DNA of 64,000 nt from Takakia lepidozioides (Eukaryota; Plantae; Bryophyta): NCBI GenBank assembly GCA_030704615.1, contig CM060732.1:41230001-41294000 (forward strand). Reading direction: 5' to 3'. Below the pieces are notes generated by a model. That model was given only the letters and a program-made list of their open reading frames with translations. It searched no databases and was not told the origin of the DNA. This document shows positions 33,681-45,919 of this stretch, piece after piece. The position numbers and the translations under genes were made by a program. Each line of letters opens with the position of its first letter. Position 1 is the stretch's first letter.

Positions 33681-36644
33681 GTGAGGGGGGGCTGGAGTGT
33701 GGTGCAGATCAATCCCATAGGACTAGATTTCAGGCACAAGGGCACGGAAGAGGCACTGTTGATTGAAGGCTACAAGAAACCTACATGGGTCACTGGTCAA
33801 CTGAAAGTTGGAGCAGCCCGGTTGTTTGAATCAGATACCTCCAGACAGAGAGAGGGAGGTTACAAGAAGTCTTCTGGCTCTTGGGATGTCAGGACAGTAT
33901 GTAAAATGCGAGTGTGGGTGTGGAACAATATCATAGGACCAGATTTCAGGCATAAGGATACTGAGGAGGCACTGTGGATTGAAAGCTACAAGATACCTGC
34001 ATGGATAGATGGTCAGCTGGAAGGAGGAGCAGCACAAGTTTTCCAATCAGACACCTCCAAACGAAGAGAGGGGATTCACAAGAAGTCTTTTTGCACGCGG
34101 GATGTTAGGACACTATGTAATACAGGACAACTGAAAAAGGCTCTGCACATTTTGAACCAAGGTGGCATTCTGGCAGACTCCATCACATATATCTCCCTCT
34201 TGCAGGAGTGCACCAAGATGAAAAGCCTAGCAGAGGGAAAGCAGGTGCATGCCCACATTATCCTAAGTGGATTCACGCCAAACTTATCTCTTCTCAACAT
34301 CCTTGTCAACATGTACGTCAAGTGTGGGAGTGTGTTTTATGCACGCCAAGTGTTTGACATTATCCCTGAACGAGATGTGGTTACGTGGACTATAATGATG
34401 GCTGGCTATGCAAAGGATGGGTATGGTAGAGAGGCTTTCAAAATGTATCAACAAATGAGACAGGAACGGGTGATGCCCAACAATGTCACGTTCATCTGTG
34501 TTCTCAAGGCATGTGCAAGCCTAGGTGCCCTGGAAAAGGGCAAAGAGGTCCATGCTGACATCATCAGAGCTGGAATTGCTCCAGATGTTGCTCTGGAGAC
34601 TTCCCTTGCTAATATGTACGCCAAGTGTGGGAGCTTAAGGGATGCACGTAAAGTCTTTGACAATATGGCTGAACGAAATGTAGTCTCATGGAATGCAATG
34701 ATTGCAGGATATGCTCAGCATGGGTATGGTAGGGAAGCTTTTGAGATCTACAACATGATGTTACAAGAAGGAGTGACACTTAACAGTGCCACTTTCATTT
34801 GCATTCTCAAGGCATGTGCCAGCCTTGAAAAAGGAAAAGAGGTCCATGCTGATATCGGCAAAGCTGGAATTGGGCCAGATACCATTCTAGAGACTGCTCT
34901 TGCTGCCATGTACTTGAAATGTGGGAGCGTGAGGGATGCACGTGAAGTGTTTGACAAAATGTGTCAACGAAATGTGGTCTCTTGGAATGCTATGATCACA
35001 GGATATGCTCAGAATGGGTGTGGTGGGGAGGCTATCGAGATTTATGAGCAAATGAAACGAGAAGGAGTGATGCCGGACAAGGTTTCATTCATTTGTGTTC
35101 TCAATGTGTGTGCTAGTCTGGCAGCCCTGGAAAATGGCAAAGAGGTCCATGCCGACATCGTCAAAGCTGCAACTGCCCAAGATATCATTCTGGAGACTGC
35201 TCTTGTCAACATGTATGCCAAATGTGGGAGCATGGTGAATGCCCGGGAAGTGTTCAACAATATGTGTCAACAGGATGTGGTGTCATGGAGTGCACTGGTT
35301 GCAGGATATGCTCAGCAAGGGTGTGGTAGGGAGGCTTTGGACATCTATGAGCAAATGGTACAGGAGGGGATGATGCCCAACAAGGTCACATTCATTTCAG
35401 TTGTCAACGCATGTGCCAGTCTAGGAGACCTGGAAAAGGGCAAAGTGGTCCATGCTGACATTGTCAAAGCTGGAATTGCTCATGACATCATTCTGGAGAC
35501 TGCCCTTGTCGACATGTATGCGAAATGTGGTAATATGATGGACGCAGGACAAGTGTTTAACAACATGACTGAACGAAATGTGGTCTCTTGGAATGCCATG
35601 ATAGGAGGATATGCAGAGCATGGGTGTGGTAGGGAGGCTTTTGGGTTTTATGAGCAAATGTTGCGCGAAGGAGTGATGCCAGATAAGGTCACATTCCTCT
35701 GTGTTCTCAATGCAAGTGCAAGCCTAGGAGTCGTGGAAAAGGGCAAAGAGGTCCATGCTGACATCATGAAAGCTGGCATTACGCAAGATATCATTCTGGA
35801 GACTGCCCTTGCTGTTATGTATGCCAAATGTGGGAGTGTAAAGGATGCACGTCAAGTGTTCAACAATATGGCTGAACGAAATGTGGTCTCATGGAATGCA
35901 ATGATTGCAGGATATACTCGGCATGGGAGTAGTAGTGAGGCTTTCGAGATCTATGAGCAAATGGTACGGGAAGGAGTGACACCAAACAAGGTCACGTTCA
36001 TCTGTGTTCTCAATGCGTGTGCCAGCATGGGAGCCTTGGAAAAGGGTGAAGAGGTTCATGCTGACATCATCAAAGCTGGCATTGTGCCAGACATAGTTAT
36101 TGAGAATACCCTTATTAACATGTATGCCAAATGTGGGAGCGTAAAACATGCACGTCAAGTGTTTGATGGTATGGTTCAACGAAATGTGGTCTCATGGACG
36201 GCAATGATTGCTGGGTATGGTGAGAATGGTTGTGGTAGGGTCTCTGTCCAGCTGTTTGAACAAATGCAACAGGAAGGCCTCACGCCAAATGGTATCACCT
36301 TTACATGTCTTCTCTCTGCATGTAGCCATGTTGGGCTGGTCGACGAAGGCTGTCACTACTTTGATTCCATGACTCGAGATCTTGGCCTCAGTCCTACAGT
36401 GGAGCATTTTGGCTGCATAGTCGACCTGCTTGGGCGTGCACAGCAGTTTGTTGAGGCAGAGGACTTCATTAACAAAATGCCAATCCAACCGGATGCTTCC
36501 GTGTTGGGGGCTTTGCTTGGTGCATGCAGAACTCATGGCAATGTGGAGGTAGCTGAACGTGTAGCAAAATGCCTTTTCAAGCGGGATCCACAGGACGCCG
36601 CAACTTATGTATTGCTATCGGACGTGTATGCGGCAGCTGGCTGA
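33681..36644 (+). CDS. PLS-class PPR protein, E-type (stop inside E2; DYW absent)
   Basis: 987-aa ORF (GTG start in the track, real start uncertain) with about 23 L/S/P repeats, E1 and partial E2. After the TGA the frame continues WDDQAKVRKMMDRYVKKEPGHC. Confidence 0.85.
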   Translation: MRGGWSVVQINPIGLDFRHKGTEEALLIEGYKKPTWVTGQLKVGAARLFESDTSRQREGGYKKSSGSWDVRTVCKMRVWVWNNIIGPDFRHKDTEEALWIESYKIPAWIDGQLEGGAAQVFQSDTSKRREGIHKKSFCTRDVRTLCNTGQLKKALHILNQGGILADSITYISLLQECTKMKSLAEGKQVHAHIILSGFTPNLSLLNILVNMYVKCGSVFYARQVFDIIPERDVVTWTIMMAGYAKDGYGREAFKMYQQMRQERVMPNNVTFICVLKACASLGALEKGKEVHADIIRAGIAPDVALETSLANMYAKCGSLRDARKVFDNMAERNVVSWNAMIAGYAQHGYGREAFEIYNMMLQEGVTLNSATFICILKACASLEKGKEVHADIGKAGIGPDTILETALAAMYLKCGSVRDAREVFDKMCQRNVVSWNAMITGYAQNGCGGEAIEIYEQMKREGVMPDKVSFICVLNVCASLAALENGKEVHADIVKAATAQDIILETALVNMYAKCGSMVNAREVFNNMCQQDVVSWSALVAGYAQQGCGREALDIYEQMVQEGMMPNKVTFISVVNACASLGDLEKGKVVHADIVKAGIAHDIILETALVDMYAKCGNMMDAGQVFNNMTERNVVSWNAMIGGYAEHGCGREAFGFYEQMLREGVMPDKVTFLCVLNASASLGVVEKGKEVHADIMKAGITQDIILETALAVMYAKCGSVKDARQVFNNMAERNVVSWNAMIAGYTRHGSSSEAFEIYEQMVREGVTPNKVTFICVLNACASMGALEKGEEVHADIIKAGIVPDIVIENTLINMYAKCGSVKHARQVFDGMVQRNVVSWTAMIAGYGENGCGRVSVQLFEQMQQEGLTPNGITFTCLLSACSHVGLVDEGCHYFDSMTRDLGLSPTVEHFGCIVDLLGRAQQFVEAEDFINKMPIQPDASVLGALLGACRTHGNVEVAERVAKCLFKRDPQDAATYVLLSDVYAAAG

Positions 36645-37057
36645 TGGGATGATCAAGCAAAGGTTAGGAAAATGATGGACAGATATGTCAAAAAGGAGCC
36701 AGGACACTGTGGGCAGCCAGCTGCATGCATTTGTTTAGGAGAGTAGTTGTATCAACAAATCCTGAACAAGTGAATTAATGGGTGGAAAAAAGACCTAAGA
36801 AATGACTTTCTTGAGCTGAAATTTTATCTACAATTGATTGCACCCTTGGTTCACCAAATGGATTGCAATTTTCATAATTTTCAGCATTTTTCAAATGTCT
36901 GTCTGAAAATAACAAGGTTGATAGACCTATCTTCATAAAAGAGCCTATGTGTGAAAACTGCTCGTGTTTGTGGACTCACGAAAACAACCCCCGAAAACTA
37001 CAGTAAAATTGTTTTAAATGATAGTGGTTTCTGATTTTTATTTTACACATTCTTGCC

Positions 37058-37950
37058 AGGTCTTGGTGGCCCTACGTGGTCTGGGGTCTGGGCCTTTGGA
37101 ACATCTGGAAAGCTCGCTGTGCTTTCATTTTTGACCATAAACCCTTATGTGTCAAATCATGCCTTGCCTCTATTTTTTTCGACTTACTTGTGGAGGGTCG
37201 CAAATTGTGGGATGTGCTTATGATCACAGTTCACAGATGCTCTTCGGTGCGGGGAGCGTCCCTTCTCTCGCAATTTGATGCCGAGTGGAAATCGGGACTT
37301 CTTTGTCAAAGGCAGGGGGACAGAGTTCACTGGGCATCCGGACCTCCAATCAACTGGTGAATCACCAAATCATTGGGCTTCTCCGGCGGAGGTGGAGGAC
37401 GGGAGATCAACTGGCGTCACCGCAGAAGCAAAAATTCTAATGCTAGAGCTCACTTGAACTTTTGAGCTCTTATTTTTTCTGTGATTGTTCTGTTTCTGGT
37501 CCATGCTGCAGGCAGTTCGGTTCTTATGCTTCCAGCTCATTCTACTTCTGCTTTTTATGAGCCTGAATCGTTGGGCTTTCATTTTGGCTCCCTGGTCTGA
37601 TTCCTAGTTGCTATCCCTCTTCTTCAGGGATGTAGGCAGATGAGCAGCTAGTTGTTCCTTTGTTTTGCTGCAGGACTTGGTTCAGCTTGCCTGAGCTTTT
37701 AGTTGGCTCTGGTTATCATTCAGATTTCAGTTAGTCAGCTGCTTCGACCTAGTTCTCTCAATCAGTAGTTTAGCCGTCGTACCCCTGAAGCGGGGCTTCC
37801 TGATTCATTCAGGGCTTTAAATGGTTGTTGCAGGACACGCCGGAATTTTGGATTAGTAAACAGGAATATGAGGAAGAGGGCCTCAACTGTCTTCGCAAAT
37901 GCGGGCAAGCCTACACTTATCCTAATGAAGTCTCTCTCTCTCTCTCTCTC
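37058..37950 (+). mobile_element. LINE 3'-end fragment, related to the element at 9.5-11.9 kb, ending in (TC)n
   Basis: LWNIWKARCAFIF..FDAEW..DRVHWASGPPINW parallels LWHIWKASC..FDAEW..DRVTWSPRPPVNW. Confidence 0.75.
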
Positions 37951-39190
37951 TCCCTCTATCCCTCTCTCTCCTGTGGTTGAACCGGCTTGGTCAAGCAAGT
38001 CTGGTAGCCAGTGGACTGAGCCACACTGGCAATATATGTCATAGGCAACATCCTCAGAGGGCTGTGAAGGGTTAATGTTTCTCATCTATTCCACCCCCTC
38101 TCCGAGGCCCAGCAGATTCATTTTTCTTTGTACTTGACTCGATTCTCTTAGGGCTACCACTAGCCTCATATTTTTACTAGTGTGGGGATAGGCTGAAAGA
38201 TGAATCACAGGTGATTGTTTACTGCCCTACAATTGCTCAGCCAGTCCGACAAGGGGCTCTCACTCCCACTCAAGCAACACCTGATTTGGGCTTTGGATAT
38301 GGAACTAGAGTGTCTCTCTTTCTGAAATAGATTGTACACATGAGACTTTGTTTCCATTTCTCTTTCTGAAATAGAAATGGCCACAAGGCTAAGGCAAGAA
38401 AAACTTAAGAAATATTCCCCAGTTAACCGTTAAGTGCCCAGACTCATTTTCACCCTCGCGTGGAAAAACATGACCCTGGCCCACAAAAACATTTTTATCT
38501 GGAAAATCTCTATGTCCCTGTAAAACTGACCGTTGGAATGACTTCCCACCTACCCCACCTCCTGCCACAAAAAGTTTCATCAAATTCCAACCGCCAGATC
38601 AGAAGATTATAAAGTGTAGAGTGGGGACAAAAAAAACTCTTAGTTAAGAAATAGGTGCCAGAAAAAGCAGTTTTTTGCTCGTCAGTTTTAGTTTCACTTT
38701 TTTTGAGAGTCTCAAGAATGTTGTACCATACCTGATAACACACATCCTCATAATTTTTCAGTTTTTTCTGAAATGTTCTCAAGTGGGCTCCTTTGTAGTG
38801 ACAAATTGGGGGGTCAAAATATCCCATTTTCTTTGGGCAGGCCAAAATATCCCTTCCTAAAATTATATGAACAAATTCAGCCGTTCAATTCCGGTTGAAG
38901 TGTCATGAACAGCTATATAAGATCCCAAAAAAAGTTTGGGACCAATCGGTAATTTCCCTCACATCTTTAGGTTCCCTTCCCAAGACTTCAAATGGCACAC
39001 CTATATTATAGCCTGCAGGCCTAGGATATTTGGAGCCATAGCCCAAAAGGGCATGGGGTTTGGGAGCTCCTCTGGAAAAGGTTTTACTCCACCATCATCA
39101 AAGCTAAATAAATGAACAGTACTGGATGATGGTGAATGGTGTTGTAGTGGTGAGTACTGGAGAAGATAAATTGATCTAGCCCTTTGTCGC

Positions 39191-40871
39191 CCTGGTAGGT
39201 AGTTTGCCAGTAAATTATGGGTTGTCATTATCTGTGATTTTTTGTTCTGGAGGCAGAGATAGCTCAAGGAGGCAGGGAGTGAATGTGCGTGCCAGATCCA
39301 TCGTAGAGGACCAGGTTTCAAGCACAAGCATATAAATGAGGCACAATGGATTGCCGGCTATAAGAAACCTCCGTGGGTGGATGACAAGCTGGAGGCACCT
39401 AGGGGTAAGTATCCTTTTTGGGATTATGAGAGATAAAGATAAAGATAAAGTTTCTTATAAAGAGAGAGAGAGAGAGAGAAGCATGTAGAAAATAGAATAT
39501 AGGGGGTGAAAACTGGGAGACTTCTTGCTACAATGTTCCTACGTTTGATCACATGACATGCATGCATTGGTCCGTTTCCAGGATCAGGATGTACTTATTT
39601 TTTCCTTCTGCAAGCATATTTGGCCTTCTTTCTTCCTCTATCAAATGGAGAAGGTGATATCTGTGAATATTTGCCCCTTTTTGTTCCCCCCCTCTTCTTT
39701 TGAGGTTTCCATGTGCATATCGCTGACAGAGCATGTCTCCCACTTTTCACGGGCTTTAGTTGTCTAGTCCATCTGAAGTTTCTGATAAGTTTACGCTAGG
39801 GAGTTAAAGAATAATATCAAACGAAACAAAATACAGAAGTGGAGAAGCTCTTGAATGACTGTTTTCGAAACCCCAAACAATGGTGGGACAATCGAGGCAG
39901 TAAGGTGAAAGCCTGCTATGTTACAGTGTGCAACCGACACGATCAACGGAAAAACTTCCTTGCAAATTAGTATGATGTCGTCCATGGTCTCTCCCTTGCC
40001 TCTCTCATCGGGGTTGAGTTGTTCATCAATTTCTCTGGTTGTGCTTTATTGTCTACAGTGAGTGTTGACATCTCCTATGGACACAAAAAAATTGTGTCTT
40101 TCCTCAACACTGTGGCAGTGCAACCACATTTGCACGTGCCACATCTCTTGCAAGTGAGAGGACTAGTGGAGAGGTCTAGGTCACTTCATGGTTTCTTACT
40201 CATTGTTTTCGGAGGTTCTTTTCCTGTACGGAGTCTTGGCAGCTCGTCACTAAAAGATGGTTGGATTGTCTTGTCCTCTGTGATGGATTCTCTGAGATAC
40301 AAGGCTTGTCAAATACGTGGGGCGGGGGGGGGGGGGGGGTTCTATCCTGTCAATTCTGTGGATGGAGGGAGAGCTGAGTGAAGGGGGGCTGGAGTGTGGT
40401 GCAGATCAATCCCATAGGACTAGATTTCAGGCACAAGGGTACGGAAGAGGCACTGTTGATTGAAGGCTACAAGAAACCTACATGGGTCAATGGTCAACTG
40501 AAAGTAGGAGCAGCACAGTTGTTTGAATCAGATGCCTCCAGACGAAGAGAGGGAGGTTACAAGAAGTCTTCTGGCTCTTGGGATGCGAGGACAGTATGTA
40601 AAATGAGAGTGTGGGTGTAGAACAATACAAGAGGACCAGATTTCAGGCATAAGGGTACTGAGGAGGCACTGTGGATTGAAAGCTACAAGAAACTTGCATG
40701 GATAGATGGTCAGTTGGAAGGAGGAGTAGCACAATTTTTCAATCAGACACCTCCAAACGAAGAGAGGGGATTCACAAGAAGTCCTTTGGCACGCGGGATG
40801 TTAGGACACTACGTAATACAGGACAACTGAAAAAGGCTCTGCACATTTTGAACCAAGGTGGCATTCTGGCA
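39191..40871 (+). pseudogene. Segmental duplicate of the upstream region and N-terminus of the 33.7-kb PPR gene (source 32384-34175)
   Basis: Collinear high identity from cctggtaggtagtttgccag to aaccaaggtggcattctggca. TGG>TAG stop at 40618-40620, a frameshift, and truncation before the first PPR repeat. Confidence 0.95.
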
Positions 40872-40998
40872 TTTCTGGTGATAGTGAATACCTCTGATGT
40901 GCGTAGTTTGTCTGATTCATGTCAAGTGGCCTTGTCAAGTTCCTGATATATGCATGCACATTAATGGGCAAGCCACCTTTTCCAACTCAGCAGAAGGT

Positions 40999-42406
40999 TT
41001 AAGAAAAGAGCTGCACCACATCAACAGCCATGGCATCTGAAAGACCAGCTACATCAGGTGTGGACAAGCCCCCGACGTCATGCTCCACTGGATTCTTCTG
41101 TTCTTCCTCTAATGTGCTTTGTAACTCATCCACCTGCCAACCCAAACACCCACATGCTTTAACTAGTACCCCTGTGACAAATTGGACAATACAATTAATT
41201 CCTCATTTGCCAGTACACATGTGAGTATTAGAATTAAAGCACCAACACTTTGGGGTCTTAAAACACAGGCAGCTATCAGATCGCTTAGTTAATGGCAAAA
41301 ACTCTGAGCTACAAAGAACAATATTACGTTGCCAGCTCTTCATAACAACCAACGACCAGATCAACAGCTACCACTTACAGCAACTTTATGTTAATGTCTG
41401 AGCCATGGACCCAGAAGCATGAAATACGGTTATCTTGCAACACAGAAAATAAACAATGCAGACATGGATACCAGATTTCTTCCAATCCGAACGACCATTG
41501 GGCAGACTTTGCTTGCTTAGATAGTCATAACGGGTTCCAACGGTTTCCGCTTGATTATACACTAGTGAAAGATTACAACCGACAACCAACCAATAGAACC
41601 GTTCAGTAGCATGCACCCACTCTGACCAAGTATGTGCTACTCACCACATGCAAGAGAAGCCCGAATTGCTTCTTTCGAAGCTCAAGAGTGCGAGATGCCG
41701 CAAAATTCTCGGCTTCCATCACTACGAGTTCTTTTTCTAGCTCATCCAGCTGTCTCCGCGTCTCAGATCGTGGGGACTGAGCAGCTATCAATCTCCTGAT
41801 GGCTTCACATTCTTCCTTGTGTTGCCGCTCAATCTTAGCCTCCTCCAGTTGCACCTTCAAATCCTCTACGTCAATTTGTGCCTAGACCAACCCTCCGATT
41901 CATCATCCACAGATTGCTACCACAAGTATGGTTCCACACCACAATATGTGTGAAGACTTTACTCAAAAAAATTGCAGTAAAAGAAATGTAATGCGGGAAC
42001 ATGCGGTTACGACCCAGACCTGTGCAATTTGCTTGTTTAGTTCCACGTGCAACCCTTTGAAGCTCTCCTGCTCTCGTCTGTTGGCATCGATGGCTGCTTT
42101 GGTTTTGAGGAGTGGCAGTTCAAACGTGGCCAGTTCTTGCAGGAACGACTTGTAAAGCTTTTCGCAGTCGCTGTAGTTGTTAGCTTCCTTCTCTATCTCA
42201 GTTGCAAAAGCAATAAACTTTTTCAGGAGCTTCTTCAGAGGGGGCTCCCCTCTGGTAGTGGTGGTGCGCGTCAGAAGCCGCTGTCTGATGACCGCATCGT
42301 CCTCCGAGGGACTAATGGCGTAGTGGGCTGCCATCGCTCCGCCTGCCCCCACACCCTCTTCTTCAGCCCTGCCTTTCCTCGTTTTCACACTACGCCCTAT
42401 TTTCAT
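40999..42406 (-). CDS. THO7: THO complex subunit 7 (3 exons: 42406-42020, 41881-41645, 41133-40999; ~252 aa)
   Basis: [57 protein letters not shown]|VDELQ. Two GT-AG phase-0 introns give an uninterrupted frame. Confidence 0.93.
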
Positions 42407-43769
42407 GGGATGGATTTCGGATGAATGTGGGGTGATGTGAGAGGCAGCTTGATCTTCAGTTGTTGATAAGCCCCGTGCAAGAGCAATTTCGGGTGTGCGC
42501 CGAGCAATGTATAGAATTAGGTCAGACTTACTGGCGCAGGAGTGACATAGACTTCTGCCCAGGAATGCAACGTAATTAAATTAGTTGGGTCTAAAAGGCT
42601 AGCCTTTTTGCAATCTATTTAGAACTTACAGGAGACTCTTTCAGGCATGCATCAGTTGTTGCTTTGGGTTGAAGTGATTTTTTTAAGTTCGACTGCAGCT
42701 CGAGTTTGAGAAAGGATTCAGTTGATGATATTTTTGGCCTACAGTTGAATAATTATTAAGAGGAATACTGATTTTGTAGTGTCACTCTAGACTGTTTTGG
42801 GATCGTCGCATGCTGTAAAAGAGATCTGAAGCTTGAAGGATTTTGAAAGTTCGTGCTAGCTGTGACCACACCTTTGATCTTTGTAATTTGTCTAGTAGAC
42901 ACTGGTGTCCTTCTTCCTGGGAAAGAGGGAACAAGAATAATGGTATGTGCCTTGAGCGGCAACTGATCAGTGATAATGCACAACCTTGACTATGGTTGAC
43001 TTCACAAATTTGTTTGTGCTATTGGAGAATTCTATCAAGTGATGTAAAATTCATTTGGGCACATTGGCATCAGACATCCTCGCAATTCAGTTACATTACA
43101 TGAAAAGACAGGCTGAAGTGCCATAAATGTCAAATGAGCATGCGAGCAAACACGAAGGAAAAAAATAGAGACAAAATAGCACCCTAATGAGCATAAAACG
43201 CGTTTCATCATGTATTTGGCTTTTGGCATTCCTCGCGTGGAACTAAGAGGGCCGGGAGGATGGGTGGGGCCCACGTTGAAATAAGGCTAACACGTACGCA
43301 CCTTGGGCCTGCTGCTACAGGCTCGCGAGAGTTCCTTTCTTGATGATGCGTCTGCTGGACTTAACGGGTACGCGCAAATGCCCACCAGCGTTGTGGGGAT
43401 GTATCAAGGGGCGGAAGGGAGGGTGACTTAACGGTTATAAAAATGTCATAATGAATGATTCATTATGAACATACCAAAAATATCATAGCGGGGAAAGTAG
43501 AGCTTTGCCAATCAGCATGTGTATTAGCACGATTACTATGTTCAAGCAGGTATTTTTTACCAGGGGTGTTACTCATTGCCTAGTCGTTTCATAGAGGTAC
43601 TAACAGTTGGGTGCTAGTTTGTTTCAGGAGAACGATGTTCACTTTGTGGTGGCAAATTGCTCCACCCCAAGCAGGGTGATTTGGTTGCGCATTTGTCTCA
43701 TAAACTTGCTAACTGCAGGTGGTTGGTAATGGAAGACCGGCTGCAGCTGAGTGGGCGTCATTGTAGTTG

Positions 43770-45024
43770 TGTGATTTTACAGCTGCAGTTTGGTGAAAGC
43801 AAACGTTGGCAGCTTGGTCATCATTGTGTTAAATTGGGTTTGACATGATGACATGTTGTAGGCCAACTCCTTTGATACTGATGACTTTAGAGATTCCATG
43901 TACTGAGATGTTTGTGTTTCAATCTTTGAGACTACACCATCTTTGAAGGCGACTATGTCCCGTTTGTGCTCTTCGTGTTGCGTTGTCACCATGGAAAGCA
44001 GCTCATGTCTTAACATTCCATTGTTGAACCCAGACTGCAGCTGAATCGATGCGACTGTACTGACATCAGCACCTTGTTGATGTATGTGATCTATAATCAT
44101 TGAAGTGTGTCCGGATCCACTACAGTTTTACCATTGAGGCCGCGGGGTGTGGAAGGAAATCCACGTTCTTGCCCATGATGCATATGTTCTTTTTCCCTTG
44201 CCAAAGATTGTAGACAGTTGCATTCTTGCATGTGACGTGAATGGTTCCAGCATGCAGCACTTTTTCGTTGTTGAGTGCATTGGTGAAGAAGTAACTAGCC
44301 ACGTTGTCCTTCCCCATTAGGTGCCAGATGGCCCTGTAGATTTCGTCCTATGTTGCAGTGATTCGGAGTTGGCAAACGATGAGCGTAAGTGCTTCTCTTT
44401 TTACAACTTGTTGTTTAGGCTGGATAGTAGCCCCACTGATGTTGCACAGTTGTTCTTGCACCTAGAGGATCTCGATCTCGTGCCTTTAGGCCATGAGCAA
44501 GGGCCCGAGCCCTGGTTTCCTTTATTGCCGTGTACAGATATCCAAAATTTGCTTCTGTAGTGGGTTTGCCAACTTAAAGTATTTCGAGATCTTCCCCTGC
44601 ATTATAAGCCTCATAGACAATGTTAGCAACAATTTGTGTGCCTGGGAGTCCTTCCATGGTAGAGCCTTTCATGTCGAGGGAGATACGGTCTCCGCGGCTC
44701 TCCATTTCAAAGTTTTTTTCCACCTTTCCTTGAACTGGGGTGCCATTTGATATGTTAAGGATGAACACTCTGTTGTTGAGTAGAAGGTCTATGCCATCAT
44801 TTTCCGAGTGCTTGAGGCATACTTTGATGAACCCCGACCATATTGTGGGATCTTTCTTATCCCCAAACACCGATATCGGGTGTAGTACCTCTGTCCCCAA
44901 ATGAATGCAAATGGAGGCAAAACGGGCCTTAGTCTGTGCTGTAATTACTGAGCACTTGATGGCTCGTTCCTTCTCAAACCAGATGAGTACGTGGTAGCCC
45001 ACCGAGAGGCCCGTAGCTGGGTGT
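43770..45024 (-). pseudogene. Degenerate TE ORF (LINE ORF1-like, family uncertain), C-terminal part; interrupted by the CACTA element
   Basis: Minus ORFs 44574-45002, 44120-44317, 43777-44100. Coding-like sequence continues from 58234-58782 across the TGT TSD. Confidence 0.5.
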
Positions 45025-45919
45025 CACTACAGCAAATAGGGGGGGTTTGCGACGCCAGCCGCGCCCCCATGCGACGCCAACCCCGCGGAGCGTGTTTGCG
45101 ACGCCGGGCCGTCGCAGCCAAACCCCGCGGGTCGCCACCTGGCCGTCGCACGGGTTGATGAAGGGCAAAAGGCAGCCCTTCCGTGCGTCGCCCCCCAGCG
45201 AAGGGCAGAAGGCAGCCCTTTCTGGCGACGGCCGGTCGTCGCACGCCGAAAAAAAAAACCCTTTCTTGCCCTTTTTTTCATCGCAACCCCTTCTTGCGAC
45301 GCTAGACCGTCGCATGGTGGCATGAAGGGCAAAAAGCCCCTGCGACGGCCCGGCGTCGCAAACGGCCCGGCTGCCCTATTCTTGCAAAACAAAAAAACAG
45401 GTCACAGTTTGCGACGGCTGGCCGTCGCCGTTTGCGACCCCAGGCCTCATAAATCCATTCAAAAAAACAGGTCGCAGTTGACGACGGTCGGCCGTCGCCA
45501 TTTACGACCCCCGGCCTCATAAATCCTAAAAACCGCATCGCAGGTGGCGACGCGTGGGGGTTGCAGGCGGCGACGGCAGGGCTTTTTAGGTTTAGGTTTA
45601 GGGCCTTTGGGGGTTCTTAGTTTTTTTTTTTTTTCACATGGTACTGGGGTACGGTGTTTGTTTTTCTTTATGGTTTAGCTTGTTGTTGTGGATCTTCTTG
45701 TAGATTGTGACATTCATTTTGATAATTCTCTTGATACCACATCTGTATGTGTTGCTCCAACATATTCATTGCATCTGCCTTCTTTCTTGAAAGACTACCA
45801 GCCACAGCCATATTTGATCAATCATAGAAATAAAGTACAATATGCATGTACATGTACAATCAATCGAAGGGATGGGTCCAGTTCGATGCGAGAATTATTA
45901 TGTAGCTTTGATTTTGAAT

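Noticed and set aside
44945-45538. Overlapping Arg/Gly/Ala-rich ORFs here and at 57355-58368
   Set aside because: Artefacts of the GC-rich CACTA subterminal repeats.
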